A DNA stretch of 63,329 bases, counting the filler, from Octopus bimaculoides (Eukaryota): NCBI RefSeq assembly GCF_001194135.2. It is 7 parts of 6 records of this genome, joined end to end, with 100 filler letters (N's around TTAATTAATTAA, not from the genome) between each part and the next. Parts side by side here need not be neighbours in the genome. Positions count along the whole stretch, not along the records: positions 60,693 to 63,329 come from NW_026314150.1; 6 more parts are not named here. The stretch is one strand, 5' to 3'. The notes under the pieces were generated by a model. It was not told the origin of the DNA. It saw only the letters and a program-made list of their open reading frames with translations, and ran no database searches. The position numbers were made by a program, and so were the translations under genes. This document shows, one piece after another, positions 62,050-63,329 of the stretch; the first letter of the stretch is position 1, and the number at the start of each line of letters is the position of its first letter.

Positions 62050-62475
62050 GTAAGGTGTGATCTGACGGAGATTTGGCTGTTATTTCATCCACGTCTATCT
62101 ACCATGTGGAAGTCTCTCTCATTGGTTCATACATACATAAAACAGTAAGGTGTGATGTGACGGAGATTTGGCTGCTATTTCTATCAGGTCTAGCTACCAT
62201 GTGGACGTCGCTCTCATTGGCTCATACATACATAAGACAGTAAGGTGTGATTTGAGGGAGATTTGGCTGCTGTTTCAACCAGGTCTAGCTACCATGTAGA
62301 GGTCTCCCACATTGGCTCATACATAAAACAGTAAGGTGTAATGTGAGGGAGATTTGGCTGCTATTTCTACCAGGTCTAGCTACCTTGTAGAGGTCTCCCT
62401 CACAGGCTCATATATATCCATACAGAAGACGGTTTGGAGTGCTTTGAGGGAGTTTTGGTCGTTATTTCTACCAGG
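62050..62475 (+). repeat. Tandem array of a ~95-bp unit
   Basis: Units start at 62050, 62145, 62240 and 62331, with a degenerate fifth near 62430; each ends in (CATA)n. Confidence 0.9.
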
Positions 62476-62842
62476 TTGGTTGACTGTTTTACAAATTCTG
62501 AGAGTTGATGGAGAAGTTCGTGACTCTGGGGATGGTGGTGATGTGATGAAAGAGGGGGAAGGTAAAGAGAGAGAGGGAGAGAGGGCGTAGTAGTGGAAGA
62601 GGTATTAGTGGTGTGGCTTTCTGCTAGTGGTGTTGTTAGATGCGGGAGTCCATCCTCCCTCCTAATTTTCGGCCAATTTCTGCCACAAACTGAGTCCATA
62701 TGTCCACTCAATCCTTTAACACAACAATCCCTCTCTCTCTCTCTGTCTCTCCCTCCCTCTCTCTCTCCTTCTTTCTCTTCTCTCTCTCTCTTTCTCTCTC
62801 TGGAACACTCGCTATGAGATACTTCTGTTTTTCCATTTATAA

Positions 62843-62903
<61 letters not shown>

Positions 62904-63248
62904 CTGTCTGTCAGTCTGTCCTCTCTCTCTCTCTCTCTCTCTCTCTTTATATATATATATATATATATATCTTTTTCCATTTCATTTTTCGTCTTCCTCG
63001 TAATATATACACATAGATATGTATGCATATGATTATGTGTATGCATATATACAAATGTCTGTCTATGCATGTACATATATAATAGCAGATATCTATACAA
63101 GCTTACGCACACACACACACACACACATACATATATATGAGTGTGTGTGTGTGTGTGTGAGTATAAATATGTGTGCGTATATATAAACATATATGTATAT
63201 AAATTCATAATTATACATGGCGGCATGCAACCATCACACACACGTGAG

Positions 63249-63280
<32 letters not shown>

Positions 63281-63329
63281 GACATGCACACGCACATAAA
63301 CATATTTACATCCACCCCCACCTTCACCA

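Noticed and set aside
62050-62475. CRISPR-like array
   Set aside because: Whole units repeat with no unique spacers, there are no cas genes, and the context is eukaryotic.

Overview
Eukaryotic, AT-rich, gap-rich draft assembly with no prokaryotic features. The repeat complement (tRNA-derived SINEs, RTE/CR1/R4-type LINEs, very dense microsatellites) suggests a coleoid cephalopod, probably Octopus; this is inference, not a database result. Most of the window is decayed mobile DNA: a Gypsy LTR retrotransposon (0.4-6.9 kb), several R4/Dong-like RLE LINEs sitting in (TAA)n tracts, CR1, RTE, L1/Tx1 and Penelope fragments, hAT and Tigger DNA transposons, Helitron-like elements and many SINEs. Host-gene evidence is limited to two well-spliced plus-strand exons of a multi-RRM protein (16542-16669, 18090-18190), a possible divergent minus-strand gene at 13.2-13.6 kb and a few orphan exon candidates. 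The most interesting structure lies in the RRM-gene intron. A hAT MITE with a perfect 8-bp TSD is interrupted by a head-to-head inverted pair of a tRNA-headed SINE, bounded by one 9-11 bp direct repeat. The SINE 3' half carries a minimal hammerhead-ribozyme motif of the Penelope type, which suggests a Penelope-mobilised, ribozyme-bearing SINE. All alignments and identities were made by eye and are approximate.
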